From Hyalangium minutum (GTDB lineage: Bacteria > Myxococcota > Myxococcia > Myxococcales > Myxococcaceae): a stretch of 64,000 nt of DNA. A program made the position numbers and the translations under genes. Of the stretch, positions 37,957 to 49,823 are shown piece by piece; position 1 is the first letter of the stretch; the number at the start of each line of letters is the position of its first letter. The stretch spans positions 124,001-188,000 of the forward strand of contig NZ_JMCB01000002.1 in the NCBI RefSeq assembly GCF_000737315.1. The letters run 5' to 3'. The notes beneath the pieces are model-generated. The model had not been told where the DNA came from and made no database searches. It was given only the letters and a program-made list of their open reading frames with translations.

Positions 37957-38697
37957 ATGGCGAAGACCGCACCCCGCAGCCGCAGCAAGGCCCCCGCGAA
38001 GAAGAAGCCCACCCGCTCGGCGGCTCCGAAGCCGAGCGCCTCGTCCGCGAAGCCCGCTCCGGCCCGCGAGGCTCCCAAGGCTCCCAAGGCTCCGGAGGTG
38101 ACCATCCTGGAGCCCGAGCCCCTCCGCCCCGCGCGGAAGGCACTGCCCGCGGGAGACGCCGTGGACAAGGGCCGCGCGCTGCCCTTCGAGATCGACCCCA
38201 AGCGCGTCGAGGAGAGCCTCAAGAAGCTCCAGGGCGAGATGGTCCACTGGGCCAACAAGGGCCGCTACACGAAGGTGCGCTTCAAGTTCCGCGGCAAGCA
38301 GCTCCTGCCGGACCTGCCCCTGGCCGCCGTCGTCGCCGCCGAGGGCCTCACCTTCTACTGGGGCGGCATCCTCCGCATGCTCGTCGCCAACGTGGTGGGC
38401 AAGAGCGTGCTCTCGGTGGAGTTCATCAACGACTCGGAGAAGAAGGTCCAGGCGGGCAAGGAGGCGCTCTTGTCCGGAGACGTGGACCAAGCGCTCACCC
38501 TGTTCCGAGAGGCCCTCGCGATGGACCGCGACAATGCCTCCGCGCACCTCAATGTGGGCGTGGCGCTGAAGCTCAAGGGAGACCGGGAGGGCGCCCTGGC
38601 CGCCTTCGAAAAAGCGAAGGAAAAAGACCCGGAAGGGTCCGTGGGCGCGGAGGCCGAGCGGCTTGCCGCCCCGCTGCGTCCCAAGAGTGTGGCATAG
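37957..38697 (+). CDS. TPR protein with Lys/Ala/Pro-rich N-terminal tail
   Basis: AKKKP/APKAPK N-terminus; C-terminal TPR SAHLNVGVAL...A...FEKA. Confidence 0.75.
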   Translation: MAKTAPRSRSKAPAKKKPTRSAAPKPSASSAKPAPAREAPKAPKAPEVTILEPEPLRPARKALPAGDAVDKGRALPFEIDPKRVEESLKKLQGEMVHWANKGRYTKVRFKFRGKQLLPDLPLAAVVAAEGLTFYWGGILRMLVANVVGKSVLSVEFINDSEKKVQAGKEALLSGDVDQALTLFREALAMDRDNASAHLNVGVALKLKGDREGALAAFEKAKEKDPEGSVGAEAERLAAPLRPKSVA

Positions 38698-38749
38698 CCT
38701 CCTCCACCACCGGCCGGGCAGCCCTGCCAACACCCCCTCGTTTCCCCTG

Positions 38750-38778
38750 TTGACGTAGGAAGATCCGAGGGTTACGAA
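38750..38778 (+). promoter_or_regulatory. Possible sigma70-type promoter of gyrA
   Basis: TTGACG-17 bp-TACGAA; the -10 match is weak. Confidence 0.35.
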
Positions 38779-38847
38779 CGCTCCAACGCCGGGCGGATAG
38801 CCCCCTTCGGGCGGGCCCGCCCCCACTCTCCAGAGCGCTCCATCTCC

Positions 38848-41625
38848 ATGGCCGACGACACCACCGACAAGCCGGCAACGCCCCCCGCGCCTCCGCCTCC
38901 GGGCAGCGCTGGGGAGCTCATCCCCGTCAACATCGAAGACGAGATGCGCCGTTCGTATCTCGACTACTCCATGTCCGTCATCATCGGGCGCGCCCTGCCC
39001 GATGTGCGTGACGGACTGAAGCCCGTGCACCGCCGCATCCTCTTCGCGATGCACGAGCTGGGGAACACCCACAACCGCGCGTACAAGAAGTCCGCCCGCG
39101 TGGTGGGTGACGTGATTGGTAAGTACCACCCCCACGGTGACAGCGCCGTCTATGACGCGATGGTGCGTCTGGCTCAGGAGTGGAGCCTGCGCTACCTGCT
39201 CGTGGACGGGCAGGGCAACTTCGGCAGCGTCGACGGCGACTCGCCCGCGGCCATGCGTTACACGGAAGTGCGCATGGACCGCCTGGCCGAGGAGCTGCTG
39301 GCGGACATCGACAAGGAGACGGTCGGATTCGGGCCCAACTACGACGACTCGCTGACCGAGCCGCTCGTGATGCCCACGAAGTTCCCCAACCTCCTGGTCA
39401 ACGGCAGCAGCGGCATCGCCGTGGGCATGACGACGAACATCCCGCCCCACAACATGGGCGAGGTGATCGACGGCACGCTGCACCTCATCGACAACCCGGA
39501 CGCCACCGTCCAGGACCTGATGAAGTTCATCCCGGGCCCGGACTTCCCCACCGCCGGCATGATTACCGGCCGCGAGGGCATCCTCCGCGCCTACACCACG
39601 GGCCGCGGGCAGATCACCCTGCGTGGCAAGACGGAGATCGAGGAGAGCAAGAAGGGCGACCGTGAGGCCATCATCATCACGGAGATCCCCTACCAGGTGA
39701 ACAAGGCGCGGCTCATCGAGAAGATCGCCGACCTGGTGCGCGAGAAGAAGCTGGAGGGCATCAGCGACATCCGCGACGAGAGCGACCGGCAGGGCATGCG
39801 CATCGTCGTGGAGCTCAAGCGCGATGCCATCTCGGGCGTGGTGCTCAACAACCTGTACGCCACCACCCCGCTGGAGACGACGTTCGGCGCGGTGATGCTG
39901 GCCATCGACGGCGGCCAGCCGCGCACGCTCACACTCAAGGAGCTGCTGGACCGGTTCATCGCCCACCGCCGCGACGTCATCACCCGCCGCAGCCGCTATG
40001 AGCTGAAGAAGGCGCTGGCCCGCCTCCACATCGTGGAAGGCTTGCTCGTCGCGCAGGATCTCATCGACCTGGTGGTCAGCCTCATCCGCGCCTCGAAGGA
40101 TCCAGACGAGGCGCGCTGGGGCCTGATGCACATCCTGGCTCCGGCGCTCTACGAGCACGAGCGCTTCCGCAACCTGCCGCGCATCGACTACGCGCAGGCG
40201 GCGGCACAGATGGAGCTGCTGGTCAGCCGCGCCAAGGCCGAGGAGCCCAACTACGGCGGCCTGGAGCACAAGTACGCGGGCGCGGGCTTCAGCGAGGACC
40301 AGGCGCAGAACATCCTCGAGATGCGCCTGCAGCGCCTCACCGGCATGCAGCGCGAAGAGCTCTTCAAGGAGCTGCTCGCCCTGGTGCGCGACATTGCCCG
40401 GCTGCGGGACATCCTCGCCAACGAGCGCAGCCTGCTCAACGTCATCAAGACGGAGCTGCACGACATCCGCGCCCGCTACAGCGACAAGCGCCGCACCGAA
40501 ATCACCGGCGAGGTCTCCGAGATTACGAGCGAGGACCTCATCGCCGAGGAGGACATGGTCGTCACCCTGTCCCATACCGGCTACGTGAAGCGCTCGCCGC
40601 TGAGCGAGTACCGCGCCCAGAAGCGCGGCGGACGGGGCAAGACGGGCGCCGCGACGAAGGAAGACGATTTCGTCACGGACCTGTTCGTGGCCAGCACCCA
40701 CGCGTTCCTCATGCCCATCACCACCAAGGGCAAGCTGTACTCGCTGAAGGTGCACCAGATTCCGCAGGCCAGCCGCACCTCGCGCGGCAAGGCCATCATC
40801 AACCTCATTCAGTTCGGCGAGGGCGAGAAGCTGGCCCAGGTGCTCGTGACGAAGGACTTCCCGGAGAACCGGTACGTCTTCTTCGTCACCAAGCGCGGCG
40901 TGGTGAAGCGCACGGACTTGAGCGCGTTCGCCAACGTGCGCATCAGCGGCATCATCGCGCTGGGCATCGACGAGGGCGATGAGCTGGTGGCGGTGAAGAT
41001 CACCGACGGCAGCAAGGACATCCTCCTGTCCACCGCGCAGGGCATGAGCATCCGCTTCCCGGAGGACGAGGTGCGCTCCATGGGCCGCCAGGCCTACGGC
41101 GTGAAGGGCATCACGCTGGAGGAGGGCGACGAGGTGGTGGGCGCGGACGTGGTGGAGAAGGGCAACACCATCCTTACGGTGACGGAGAACGGCTACGGCA
41201 AGCGCACCGAGGAGGCCGAGTACCGCATCCAGGGCCGCGGCGGTAAGGGCATCATCGACATCAAGACCACCGAGCGGAACGGCAAGGTGGTGGGCCTGGT
41301 GCAGGTGACGGACGGCGACGAGGTGATGCTCGTCACCAACGGCGGCATGCTCATCCGCATGAAGGCCAAGGAGATCTCCGTCATCGGCCGCAACACGCAG
41401 GGCGTGCGGCTCATCGCCCTGGAGAACGGTACGGAGAAGGTGACGGGCATCTCCAAGCTGCCCGAGTCCAGCAGCGAGGCCGAGGAGCCGGAGGGCGGCG
41501 GCTCCGCGGGTGGCTCCAGCGCGGACGAAGAGCAGGCTCCCGCAGCGGAGAACTCCTCCGAGATTTCGGACACCGAGGACTCCGGAAACTCCGAGCCGGG
41601 TGAGGACACTCCAGAAGAGAGTTGA
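38848..41625 (+). CDS. gyrA: DNA gyrase subunit A
   Basis: [25 protein letters not shown] (catalytic Tyr), GyrA-box QKRGGRG, pinwheel repeats, acidic tail. Confidence 0.98.
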   Translation: MADDTTDKPATPPAPPPPGSAGELIPVNIEDEMRRSYLDYSMSVIIGRALPDVRDGLKPVHRRILFAMHELGNTHNRAYKKSARVVGDVIGKYHPHGDSAVYDAMVRLAQEWSLRYLLVDGQGNFGSVDGDSPAAMRYTEVRMDRLAEELLADIDKETVGFGPNYDDSLTEPLVMPTKFPNLLVNGSSGIAVGMTTNIPPHNMGEVIDGTLHLIDNPDATVQDLMKFIPGPDFPTAGMITGREGILRAYTTGRGQITLRGKTEIEESKKGDREAIIITEIPYQVNKARLIEKIADLVREKKLEGISDIRDESDRQGMRIVVELKRDAISGVVLNNLYATTPLETTFGAVMLAIDGGQPRTLTLKELLDRFIAHRRDVITRRSRYELKKALARLHIVEGLLVAQDLIDLVVSLIRASKDPDEARWGLMHILAPALYEHERFRNLPRIDYAQAAAQMELLVSRAKAEEPNYGGLEHKYAGAGFSEDQAQNILEMRLQRLTGMQREELFKELLALVRDIARLRDILANERSLLNVIKTELHDIRARYSDKRRTEITGEVSEITSEDLIAEEDMVVTLSHTGYVKRSPLSEYRAQKRGGRGKTGAATKEDDFVTDLFVASTHAFLMPITTKGKLYSLKVHQIPQASRTSRGKAIINLIQFGEGEKLAQVLVTKDFPENRYVFFVTKRGVVKRTDLSAFANVRISGIIALGIDEGDELVAVKITDGSKDILLSTAQGMSIRFPEDEVRSMGRQAYGVKGITLEEGDEVVGADVVEKGNTILTVTENGYGKRTEEAEYRIQGRGGKGIIDIKTTERNGKVVGLVQVTDGDEVMLVTNGGMLIRMKAKEISVIGRNTQGVRLIALENGTEKVTGISKLPESSSEAEEPEGGGSAGGSSADEEQAPAAENSSEISDTEDSGNSEPGEDTPEES

Positions 41626-41727
41626 TTTGCGGGTTTTCCCAGCCTGGCGGGGCATGTGAGGGCAATCCCCCCGTGTGCCTCGGCAGGCCTGGGTGTTCTA
41701 ATGAGACCAGGAGGTCTCCGGAACACC

Positions 41728-42945
41728 ATGGGAGATTCCATCAGCCAGGGGGCAGTCTCGGAGCCGCGGATCTCGGATGACTCACTGGGCGTCCAGCTCG
41801 AGGTGGCGGAGGAGCGTCTCCGCATCGTGCTCGGGCTCACGGACGGCATCGTCTTCGAGTTCGACCAGGACGGGCGCTACGTCGGCATCTGGACCCGGTC
41901 GGACGAGCTGCTGTCCATGCCGCGCGAGCAGGCGCTGGGCCGCACCTTGATGGAGGTCCACGGCCCCCAGGGCGGCGCGTTCTTCATGGAGCGCCTGAAG
42001 CAGACCCTTGAGACGAAGCAGCCCGTGCGCTTCGAGTACAGCCTGGAGGTGGTGGGTGGGCACCACTGGTTCGCCGCGGAGTCCATGCTGGTGCCGAACC
42101 GGCCCACGGTGGCCTTCCTGGTGCGCGACATCACCCAGCAGAAGTCCATGGAGCAGCGGCTCATCCAGGCGGATCGGCTGGCGTCCCTGGGCACGCTGGC
42201 GGCGGGCGTGGCCCACGAGGTGAACAACCCGCTGAGCTACGTCTCCTCGAACCTCAACTTCATCGCGGAGAGCCTGACGTCGGTGCGGCAGGCGCTGAAC
42301 AGCGGGGAAGGGGTGGTCGACGCGGCCTATCTGGATCGCCTGCTGGCGGAGTGCGCGGAGGCGCTCGATGAGGCGCGGGAGGGCACCACCCGCATCCGGC
42401 ATGTGGTCGGAGATTTGAAGACGTTCGCTCGCGGCCAGGAGTCGGAGGACGGGCTGGCGAACGTGAAGCGGGCCCTGGAGTCCTCGCTGAGCCTGGTGAT
42501 GCCGGAGCTGCGCTACCGGGCCCGGCTGAACCGGAACCTGGAAGAGGTGCCCCCGGTGCGAGGCAATGAGGCCCGGCTGGGGCAGGTGTTCCTCAACCTG
42601 CTGATCAACGCCTCCCAGGCCATCGTGGCGGGGGCTCCGGACCGGAACCAGGTGGACGTTCACCTGCGCGAGGAGGGGCACTGGGTGGTCATCGAAGTCC
42701 AGGACACCGGGCACGGGATTCCGGCGGATCTGTTGAAGCTCATCTTCGATCCGTTCTTCTCGACGAAGCCGGTGGGTGTGGGCACGGGGCTGGGGCTCTC
42801 CATCTGCCATGGCATCGTGACGGGCATGGGCGGAGAGATCTCCGTGGAGAGCACCGTGGGCCGGGGGACGTGCTTCCGGGTGCGGCTGCCGATTCCCGCT
42901 CAGGTGCTGGCGTCCATGCGCCCCAAGGCGCTGGCGGCTTCCTGA
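41728..42945 (+). CDS. PAS-domain sensor histidine kinase (start 41701 or 41728)
   Basis: PAS-like region, H-box AHEVNNPL, NLLINA, DTG.GI, IFDPFFSTK, GTGLGL. Confidence 0.92.
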   Translation: MGDSISQGAVSEPRISDDSLGVQLEVAEERLRIVLGLTDGIVFEFDQDGRYVGIWTRSDELLSMPREQALGRTLMEVHGPQGGAFFMERLKQTLETKQPVRFEYSLEVVGGHHWFAAESMLVPNRPTVAFLVRDITQQKSMEQRLIQADRLASLGTLAAGVAHEVNNPLSYVSSNLNFIAESLTSVRQALNSGEGVVDAAYLDRLLAECAEALDEAREGTTRIRHVVGDLKTFARGQESEDGLANVKRALESSLSLVMPELRYRARLNRNLEEVPPVRGNEARLGQVFLNLLINASQAIVAGAPDRNQVDVHLREEGHWVVIEVQDTGHGIPADLLKLIFDPFFSTKPVGVGTGLGLSICHGIVTGMGGEISVESTVGRGTCFRVRLPIPAQVLASMRPKALAAS

Positions 42946-42955
42946 AGCGCGGGCG

Positions 42956-43840
42956 TTACGGCTTCGCTGCCTTGCGCAGGGTCGAGGCCCCCTCGGCGAT
43001 GGCCTCGTCGAGTTGGGCTCCCGCCTTCCCGAACCCTCGCCTCTGGAGCTGGCGGTAGAGCGAGGAGAGCTGGCGGCCGGCCTTCGAGGCGAGCGAGTTC
43101 AGCTCCGGGCTTCGGCCATGCAGCGTCTCCGTCAGTACGTGGAGGTCGTGCATGTCTCCCAGGGTGTCTTGGAGGGCCTTGAGGCGCTCGAGGAGCTTGG
43201 GGGCGCCGTGCAGTTCCTCGAAAGGCTCCAGCAGGTAGCGCGCGCGCTTGGCGGTGATGCGGGCCTCGTGGCAGCGCTCGACGTCGGAGGGGCCCTGGAT
43301 GCGGTCCAGCCGCTGGCGCAGGCGCTGGCCCAGGCGCCGCAGCTTCTGGGCGGTGTACTTCCCGAAGCGGCCCTTACCGGGGGCCTTCGCGCGCTTCACC
43401 TGCCGGCGCAGGCGGTGGGCGAGGCGGGGGAAGTCCTGGGTAAACCGCTCGCGGATCTCCTGGAGGTGCTCGGCGTGGTGCTGGGTGAGGTTTGAGCGCA
43501 GGCGGGAGGCGGCGCCCGAGCGAGAGCGGCGGGCACGGGACTGCTGGGTGAGCCAGGCAGCGTGGACCTCGGCATCTCGGGCGGGGTTGGTGAGGTGGGC
43601 GAAGCCTCTCAGGGCCTCGATGCTCTTGGCAGACACGGCCCCAGCGAAGAGCTTGCGGTAGGTGCGGAGGTAGGTGCGCACGTGGCGCAGCTCGACGCGC
43701 AGGTCGTGCAGGGCCTCGGTGTCACGGGAGTCGTCGAGGCGCTCGACGGTGGCCGCGGCGCGCTTCAGGTGGTGGAGCGTGAGCTTCCGGGCTCCATGCA
43801 CCGCCGTCATGCGCGCGAGCTTCTTGGAGGTGGGCGCCAC
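42956..43840 (-). CDS. CHAD domain protein
   Basis: LHDLRVELR, RDAEV, HEARITAKRARY, LQDTLGDMHD. Confidence 0.88.
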   Translation of the reverse strand: MAPTSKKLARMTAVHGARKLTLHHLKRAAATVERLDDSRDTEALHDLRVELRHVRTYLRTYRKLFAGAVSAKSIEALRGFAHLTNPARDAEVHAAWLTQQSRARRSRSGAASRLRSNLTQHHAEHLQEIRERFTQDFPRLAHRLRRQVKRAKAPGKGRFGKYTAQKLRRLGQRLRQRLDRIQGPSDVERCHEARITAKRARYLLEPFEELHGAPKLLERLKALQDTLGDMHDLHVLTETLHGRSPELNSLASKAGRQLSSLYRQLQRRGFGKAGAQLDEAIAEGASTLRKAAKP

Positions 43841-44090
43841 GGAATCTCTCCCCGCCGCGCGCTGGGCGCGGCCATGCGGATCCGAACCTCAAAGCTTCCA
43901 GCAGGAACAGCCAGAGGACAGCAGGTCCGCGCTGGAGCGTGCAGGAGGTGACAGTGGGTGGAGGGAGGTGGCGAGCAGGGAAGGGCGCTGCAAAGCTCAC
44001 ATGCAAACAGGGGGCTTGGTTGCTCGGGGAGGTGGCGGGCGGAGGCGGACGAGGTGCAATGAATCTGACCGCTCATCCGTAGGAGGAGAC

Positions 44091-44393
44091 ATGAACATCA
44101 CGGGTCTTCGTGGAATGGGGTCCCGGTTCGTCCGGTACCTGAGCGACGGTCGAGTCCCCCTGTGGAAGAAGCTCGCGGGGTTGCTGGCGGTGGTCTACTT
44201 CCTGTCTCCGGTGGACGCGATCCCGGACTTCATCCCCATCCTGGGGTGGCTGGACGATTTGGGCGTGCTGTCGGCCGCGGCCTTCTGGATGGCGCGGCAG
44301 GTGCAGCAGTACCGCCCCGAGCCCACGCCGGACGGGATGCCGAGAGATCTCGAGGGCCGCCCGCGCTTTCCTCCCGCGCGCGACCCTGCCTGA
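44091..44393 (+). CDS. YkvA/DUF1232 family membrane protein
   Basis: AGGAGG RBS; YFLSPVDAIPDFIPILGWLDD. Confidence 0.88.
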   Translation: MNITGLRGMGSRFVRYLSDGRVPLWKKLAGLLAVVYFLSPVDAIPDFIPILGWLDDLGVLSAAAFWMARQVQQYRPEPTPDGMPRDLEGRPRFPPARDPA

Positions 44394-44401
44394 GCGAGCG
44401 C

Positions 44402-45151
44402 TCACGCCGCCTTGCCGACCGCCTCGCGCCACGCCGCGAGGATGTGCTCGGCGATCTCGGGCACGCCGATGTCCTTGTTCACCTGCGTGAAGAGGAACGG
44501 GCCGTCGCCCCGCATCTTGCGTGAGTCGCGGTCCATCACGCCCAGGTCCGCTCCCACGTGCGGTGCCAGGTCCTTCTTGTTGATGACCAGCAGGTCCGAC
44601 TGGGTGATGCCCGGCCCGCCCTTGCGCGGCACCTTGTCTCCCCCTGCCACGTCGATGACGTAGATCGTGTAGTCGACCAGCTCCCGGCTGTACTGCGCCG
44701 CCAGGTTGTCTCCGCCGCTCTCGACGATGAGCAGCTCCGGCTTCACGTCGTGCATCAGCCCTTCGAGCGCGTCGAGGTTGTGGCTGATGTCCTCGCGGAT
44801 CGCCGCGTGAGGGCAGCCGCCCGTCTCCACCGCCCGGATCCGCTCGGAAGGCAGCGCCTTGTTGCGGTGGAGGAACTCGGCGTCCTCCTTCGTGAAGATG
44901 TCGTTCGTCACGACGCCCAGCGAGTACTTGTCCCGGAGGTGCCGGCACAGCGCCAGTACCAGCGCTGTCTTTCCGCTCCCCACCGGCCCTCCGATGCCCA
45001 CCGTGAACGAGCGCTGATGGTAGTCGCGCGGGAGCCGCGGCTCGCGCTCCCGGAACAGGCCAGGGCCCGACCAGTGCTCGTGGGTATGCCCGTGGTCATG
45101 GTCGTGGCTGTGCCCGTGGTCATGGTCGTGGTCGTGATCGTGGTCGTGCAT
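44402..45151 (-). CDS. ureG: Urease accessory GTPase UreG with His-rich N-terminus
   Basis: [32 protein letters not shown]; (HD)n/HGH N-terminus. Confidence 0.97.
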   Translation of the reverse strand: MHDHDHDHDHDHGHSHDHDHGHTHEHWSGPGLFREREPRLPRDYHQRSFTVGIGGPVGSGKTALVLALCRHLRDKYSLGVVTNDIFTKEDAEFLHRNKALPSERIRAVETGGCPHAAIREDISHNLDALEGLMHDVKPELLIVESGGDNLAAQYSRELVDYTIYVIDVAGGDKVPRKGGPGITQSDLLVINKKDLAPHVGADLGVMDRDSRKMRGDGPFLFTQVNKDIGVPEIAEHILAAWREAVGKAA

Positions 45152-45159
45152 GGTGCTCC

Positions 45160-45825
45160 TCAGGACAGGAACAGACGGGAATAGAGACGATCGTGGGTGG
45201 CGCCGAGCAGATCCACGAGCGGCGCAGGCTGTGACAGCTCGTTCAGGCCCAGGGCCCCACAGCGTTCGAGCACGGCGCCCAGAACGCCCGTCAGCTCGTC
45301 ATGGAGGCGCTGCGCCTCGTGCGGACCGAGCAGCCCCAGCCGCACCGCGGCCGAGGCCACCCCGCGCAGCGCCAGGTGCAGGAACAGCTCCTGCGCTTGG
45401 TCGAGCGGCACTGCAAGGGTCCGCAGCGTGATGCCGAACATGGGCGCGTAGTGCGCCCTCAGGGTCCGCGCGCGGATGGCGGCGTGGAGCTGTTGCAGCT
45501 CCGCCTCGGAGAAGATGCGCGCCGCGGTGGCCACCAGCGTCCGCCCCTGCGTCCGGCTGGTTCGGTTGGCCACGTGGTTGGAGAGGAACGCGTCGCACCA
45601 CGCGTCCAGCCGGGCCGGGCCAGCGTCTGGGCCGTAGGCGGCGCGGAGAAACGGCAGGCTCCCATGGCCGGCCTGCCAGAGCACTCCCTCGATGAAGGTG
45701 CGCAGGGCCGCCGCGTCCGGCACCTCGCCCTGTTGCGCGGCCGCCTCCAGCCCGGCGGAGTGCGAGAAGCCTCCGGTCGGAAAGGCCGAGTCAGCGAGCT
45801 GCAGCACGCGCCAGCGGGTCGTCAT
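45160..45825 (-). CDS. ureF: Urease accessory protein UreF
   Basis: [29 protein letters not shown]-terminal [11 protein letters not shown]. Confidence 0.95.
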   Translation of the reverse strand: MTTRWRVLQLADSAFPTGGFSHSAGLEAAAQQGEVPDAAALRTFIEGVLWQAGHGSLPFLRAAYGPDAGPARLDAWCDAFLSNHVANRTSRTQGRTLVATAARIFSEAELQQLHAAIRARTLRAHYAPMFGITLRTLAVPLDQAQELFLHLALRGVASAAVRLGLLGPHEAQRLHDELTGVLGAVLERCGALGLNELSQPAPLVDLLGATHDRLYSRLFLS

Positions 45826-45829
45826 GCGC

Positions 45830-47541
<1,712 letters not shown>

Positions 47542-47545
<4 letters not shown>

Positions 47546-48219
47546 GGCGTGCCTCCTGCCTGCTGCGTGGGAGCAACGGGAACGAGCGTCACCGTCTTCC
47601 GGTCCCCGGGCTCGAAGCGCACCGCCGTGCCCGAGGGGATGTCCAGCCGCATCCCCGTGGCCTGGGCCCGGTCGAACTCGAGCGCGCGGTTGGTGTGCTC
47701 GAAGGGATAGTGGCTGCCCACCTGGATGGGGCGGTCCCCCTTGTTCTCCACCGCGAGCGTCACGCGCGGGCGGCCCGGGTTGAGGGCAATCTCTCCCGCC
47801 TTCGTGAGCACTTCGCCCGGAGTGGGCTCAACCGCCGCTGGGGTTGCCGCGAACACCGAGGCCGCGGGCACCGGCAGGAAGCTCCCGTAGAGCGCCAGCG
47901 CCAGGTCCCCCTGCTCGAGCGAGATGGGGTGGTGGACGGTGACGAGCTTGGTGCCGTCCGGGAACGTGCCCTCCACCTGCACCTCGGCGACCAGCTCCGG
48001 GACGCCGGGCAGCACCTGCGCCCGGCCCAGCATCCGCCGGCCCACATCCATCAGCTCGGCGACGGAGCGCCCATCCCGGATGAGCTCCAGCAGTTGGGTG
48101 GAGATGAGAGCGATGGCCTCGGGGTAGTTGAGCCGAAGTCCTCGAGCCAGCCGCTTCTGCGCCAGGAAGCCGGCAGCGTGCAGCGTGAGCTTGTCCAACT
48201 CGCGCGGGACCAGATGCAT
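47542..48219 (-). CDS. ureAB: Fused urease gamma-beta subunit
   Basis: LNYPEA...[12 protein letters not shown] (gamma) followed by [11 protein letters not shown]...[14 protein letters not shown] (beta); GTGA overlap with ureC. Confidence 0.96.
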
Positions 48220-48279
48220 GGAGGGGGTCTCCCTTGAGACAACCTGACGCGTTCATCATGGTGCGCTGCGTCAGCGAAG

Positions 48280-49119
48280 TCACCATTTCCGTGCGAGAGG
48301 GTCGTCTCCCAGCAGCGAGGGCAGGGTCCGCAGGCGGGAGCGCACGGCGGACAGGGCCTCCTCCACGGAGGTGGCGGCCACGCGCAGCAGGGCGCCGTCT
48401 TCTCCCAAGGGACTCGCAGTCTCGATGACCGAAGCCCGGCGCCGCAGCGGGGCGGGGGAAGTCAGCAGGGCTTCGCGGAGCGCCGCCACCTGCGGACCGA
48501 ACACCGCGAGCAGCGCCAGGGCCTCGAAGCGGCCCATGCGAGGGGCCAGGGCTCCCTCCTCGGGTGTGAGGCGGACCGCATCCAGCAGCAGGGGAACACC
48601 GCCGCGCTGGACGAGGAGCCGGGACAGGTAGTGAGCGAAAGCCCACCGCTCGCCTCGGGCGGCGCGCCCGCAGGTGAAGGCATCCAGCAGGACCAGGGAG
48701 GCGCTGGGAGCGAGCGTGACGGAGGTCTCCTGCTCGTAGCGAGCCCCCGTGAAGCAGGCCACCGGGTCGGGCAGCAGGACGAGCAATCCCTCCTCGCCGA
48801 CCTGGGCCTGGAGCAGCTGCCGGCAGCCACGCGGAGAGCGGTACACCTTGGTGGCGGACTGCGTGGAGAGCAGGCCCGTGGCCCGGGCCCCCACGCTCAC
48901 GTCGATGTGAAGCGAATCCCCATCCACCAGTCCGCCGCCGAAGCTGGCCAGGTAGGCCCACGCGCCGCGGCCATGGTTGCGAGGCAGCAGGAACTTGAGA
49001 GGACTGTTCGCCCGCGCGGCGCGGACAAAGGTTCCCCGTGTGCCGTGCTCGAGCGCGAGGACGCCTCGGCCGGGAACATGCTCCAGGCGGTCTTCTAAGG
49101 TGTACGCGGGGGCTTCCAT
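48280..49119 (-). CDS. ureD: Urease accessory protein UreD
   Basis: GGGLVDGD, LSTQSATKVYRS, LPDPV..F..A.YEQ, GR.ARGERW.F; position in the operon. Confidence 0.92.
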   Translation of the reverse strand: MEAPAYTLEDRLEHVPGRGVLALEHGTRGTFVRAARANSPLKFLLPRNHGRGAWAYLASFGGGLVDGDSLHIDVSVGARATGLLSTQSATKVYRSPRGCRQLLQAQVGEEGLLVLLPDPVACFTGARYEQETSVTLAPSASLVLLDAFTCGRAARGERWAFAHYLSRLLVQRGGVPLLLDAVRLTPEEGALAPRMGRFEALALLAVFGPQVAALREALLTSPAPLRRRASVIETASPLGEDGALLRVAATSVEEALSAVRSRLRTLPSLLGDDPLARKW

Positions 49120-49127
49120 GGTGCTGC

Positions 49128-49757
49128 TCAGCCGTCCCGGTTCTCGAAGTGGACGAAGTCGAGCAGGAACGTGGCGGCCATCACCAGGGTGCGCAGCCGC
49201 GCGTCGCGGAGGTTCTCGAAGGTGACGCCGAAGTTGTCCGCGTCCGTGAACAGCTCCTTGCCGAGGCCGCTCCAGCGCTTCTGGATGAGGCCCACCTCTT
49301 GGCCGTTCTGCTCGATGTGGAACGTCCACGGCTTGAAGAAAGGGCCGCGCAGCGTGGCCAGCAGCTCGCCCGAGGGGCCCAGCACGTCATAGAGCCGGGC
49401 GAAGAAGGCGAAGCGCTGGTGCACGCTGCCCAGCTTGTGGCCCTCGCCGTCCTCGATGTCCATCTGCGAGAGCCAGAACCTCCAGGGCCGCTGCAGGCGC
49501 AGCGCGGTGGCGCCCCCGGGCGTCTTCAGCTCCATGGTGAAGGGGCGGCTGGCCTTGAGGAAGCTGCGCAGCAGGAACAGGCCGAGGCCGCTGCCCACCT
49601 CGCCCGCGATGAAGAGCGCCTGCCCGTCGTCTCCCACCACCTGGTAGCGGTTGCGGCCCTCGAAGCCGACGAGGATCTCCCCCCATTCCTTGGTCTGCCG
49701 CACGCGCAGGGCGCTGTGGCGTTGGAGCACGGAGAGGGCCAGCGAGTCAGAGGGCAT
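49128..49757 (-). CDS. Phospholipid scramblase/LURP-one-like protein
   Basis: FEGRNRY, RPFTME, L.RPW, IQKRWSG..KELFTDADNF.V.F motifs. Confidence 0.8.
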   Translation of the reverse strand: MPSDSLALSVLQRHSALRVRQTKEWGEILVGFEGRNRYQVVGDDGQALFIAGEVGSGLGLFLLRSFLKASRPFTMELKTPGGATALRLQRPWRFWLSQMDIEDGEGHKLGSVHQRFAFFARLYDVLGPSGELLATLRGPFFKPWTFHIEQNGQEVGLIQKRWSGLGKELFTDADNFGVTFENLRDARLRTLVMAATFLLDFVHFENRDG

Positions 49758-49823
49758 GGAGGCCTCGGAGCAAAGGGTCGGCACACCCTAGCGCCCCGAG
49801 GCCCTCAAGTCAGGACAGAACCC

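Noticed and set aside
40100-40300. Insertion in GyrA as a possible intein
   Set aside because: Short, with no Cys/Ser start, His-Asn end or endonuclease motif; lies in a region of known length variation.
37924-41655. 1243-aa minus-strand ORF (also 49038..52481 +, 45692..47710 +, 29922..31757 -, 10638..12671 + and similar)
   Set aside because: Antisense shadows of well-supported genes; high GC3 suppresses stops on the opposite strand and the translations have no motifs.
45085-45150. Short repeated gtggtc/gtgatc units resembling a repeat array
   Set aside because: Codons of the His/Asp tract of UreG; no spacers and no cas genes, so not CRISPR.
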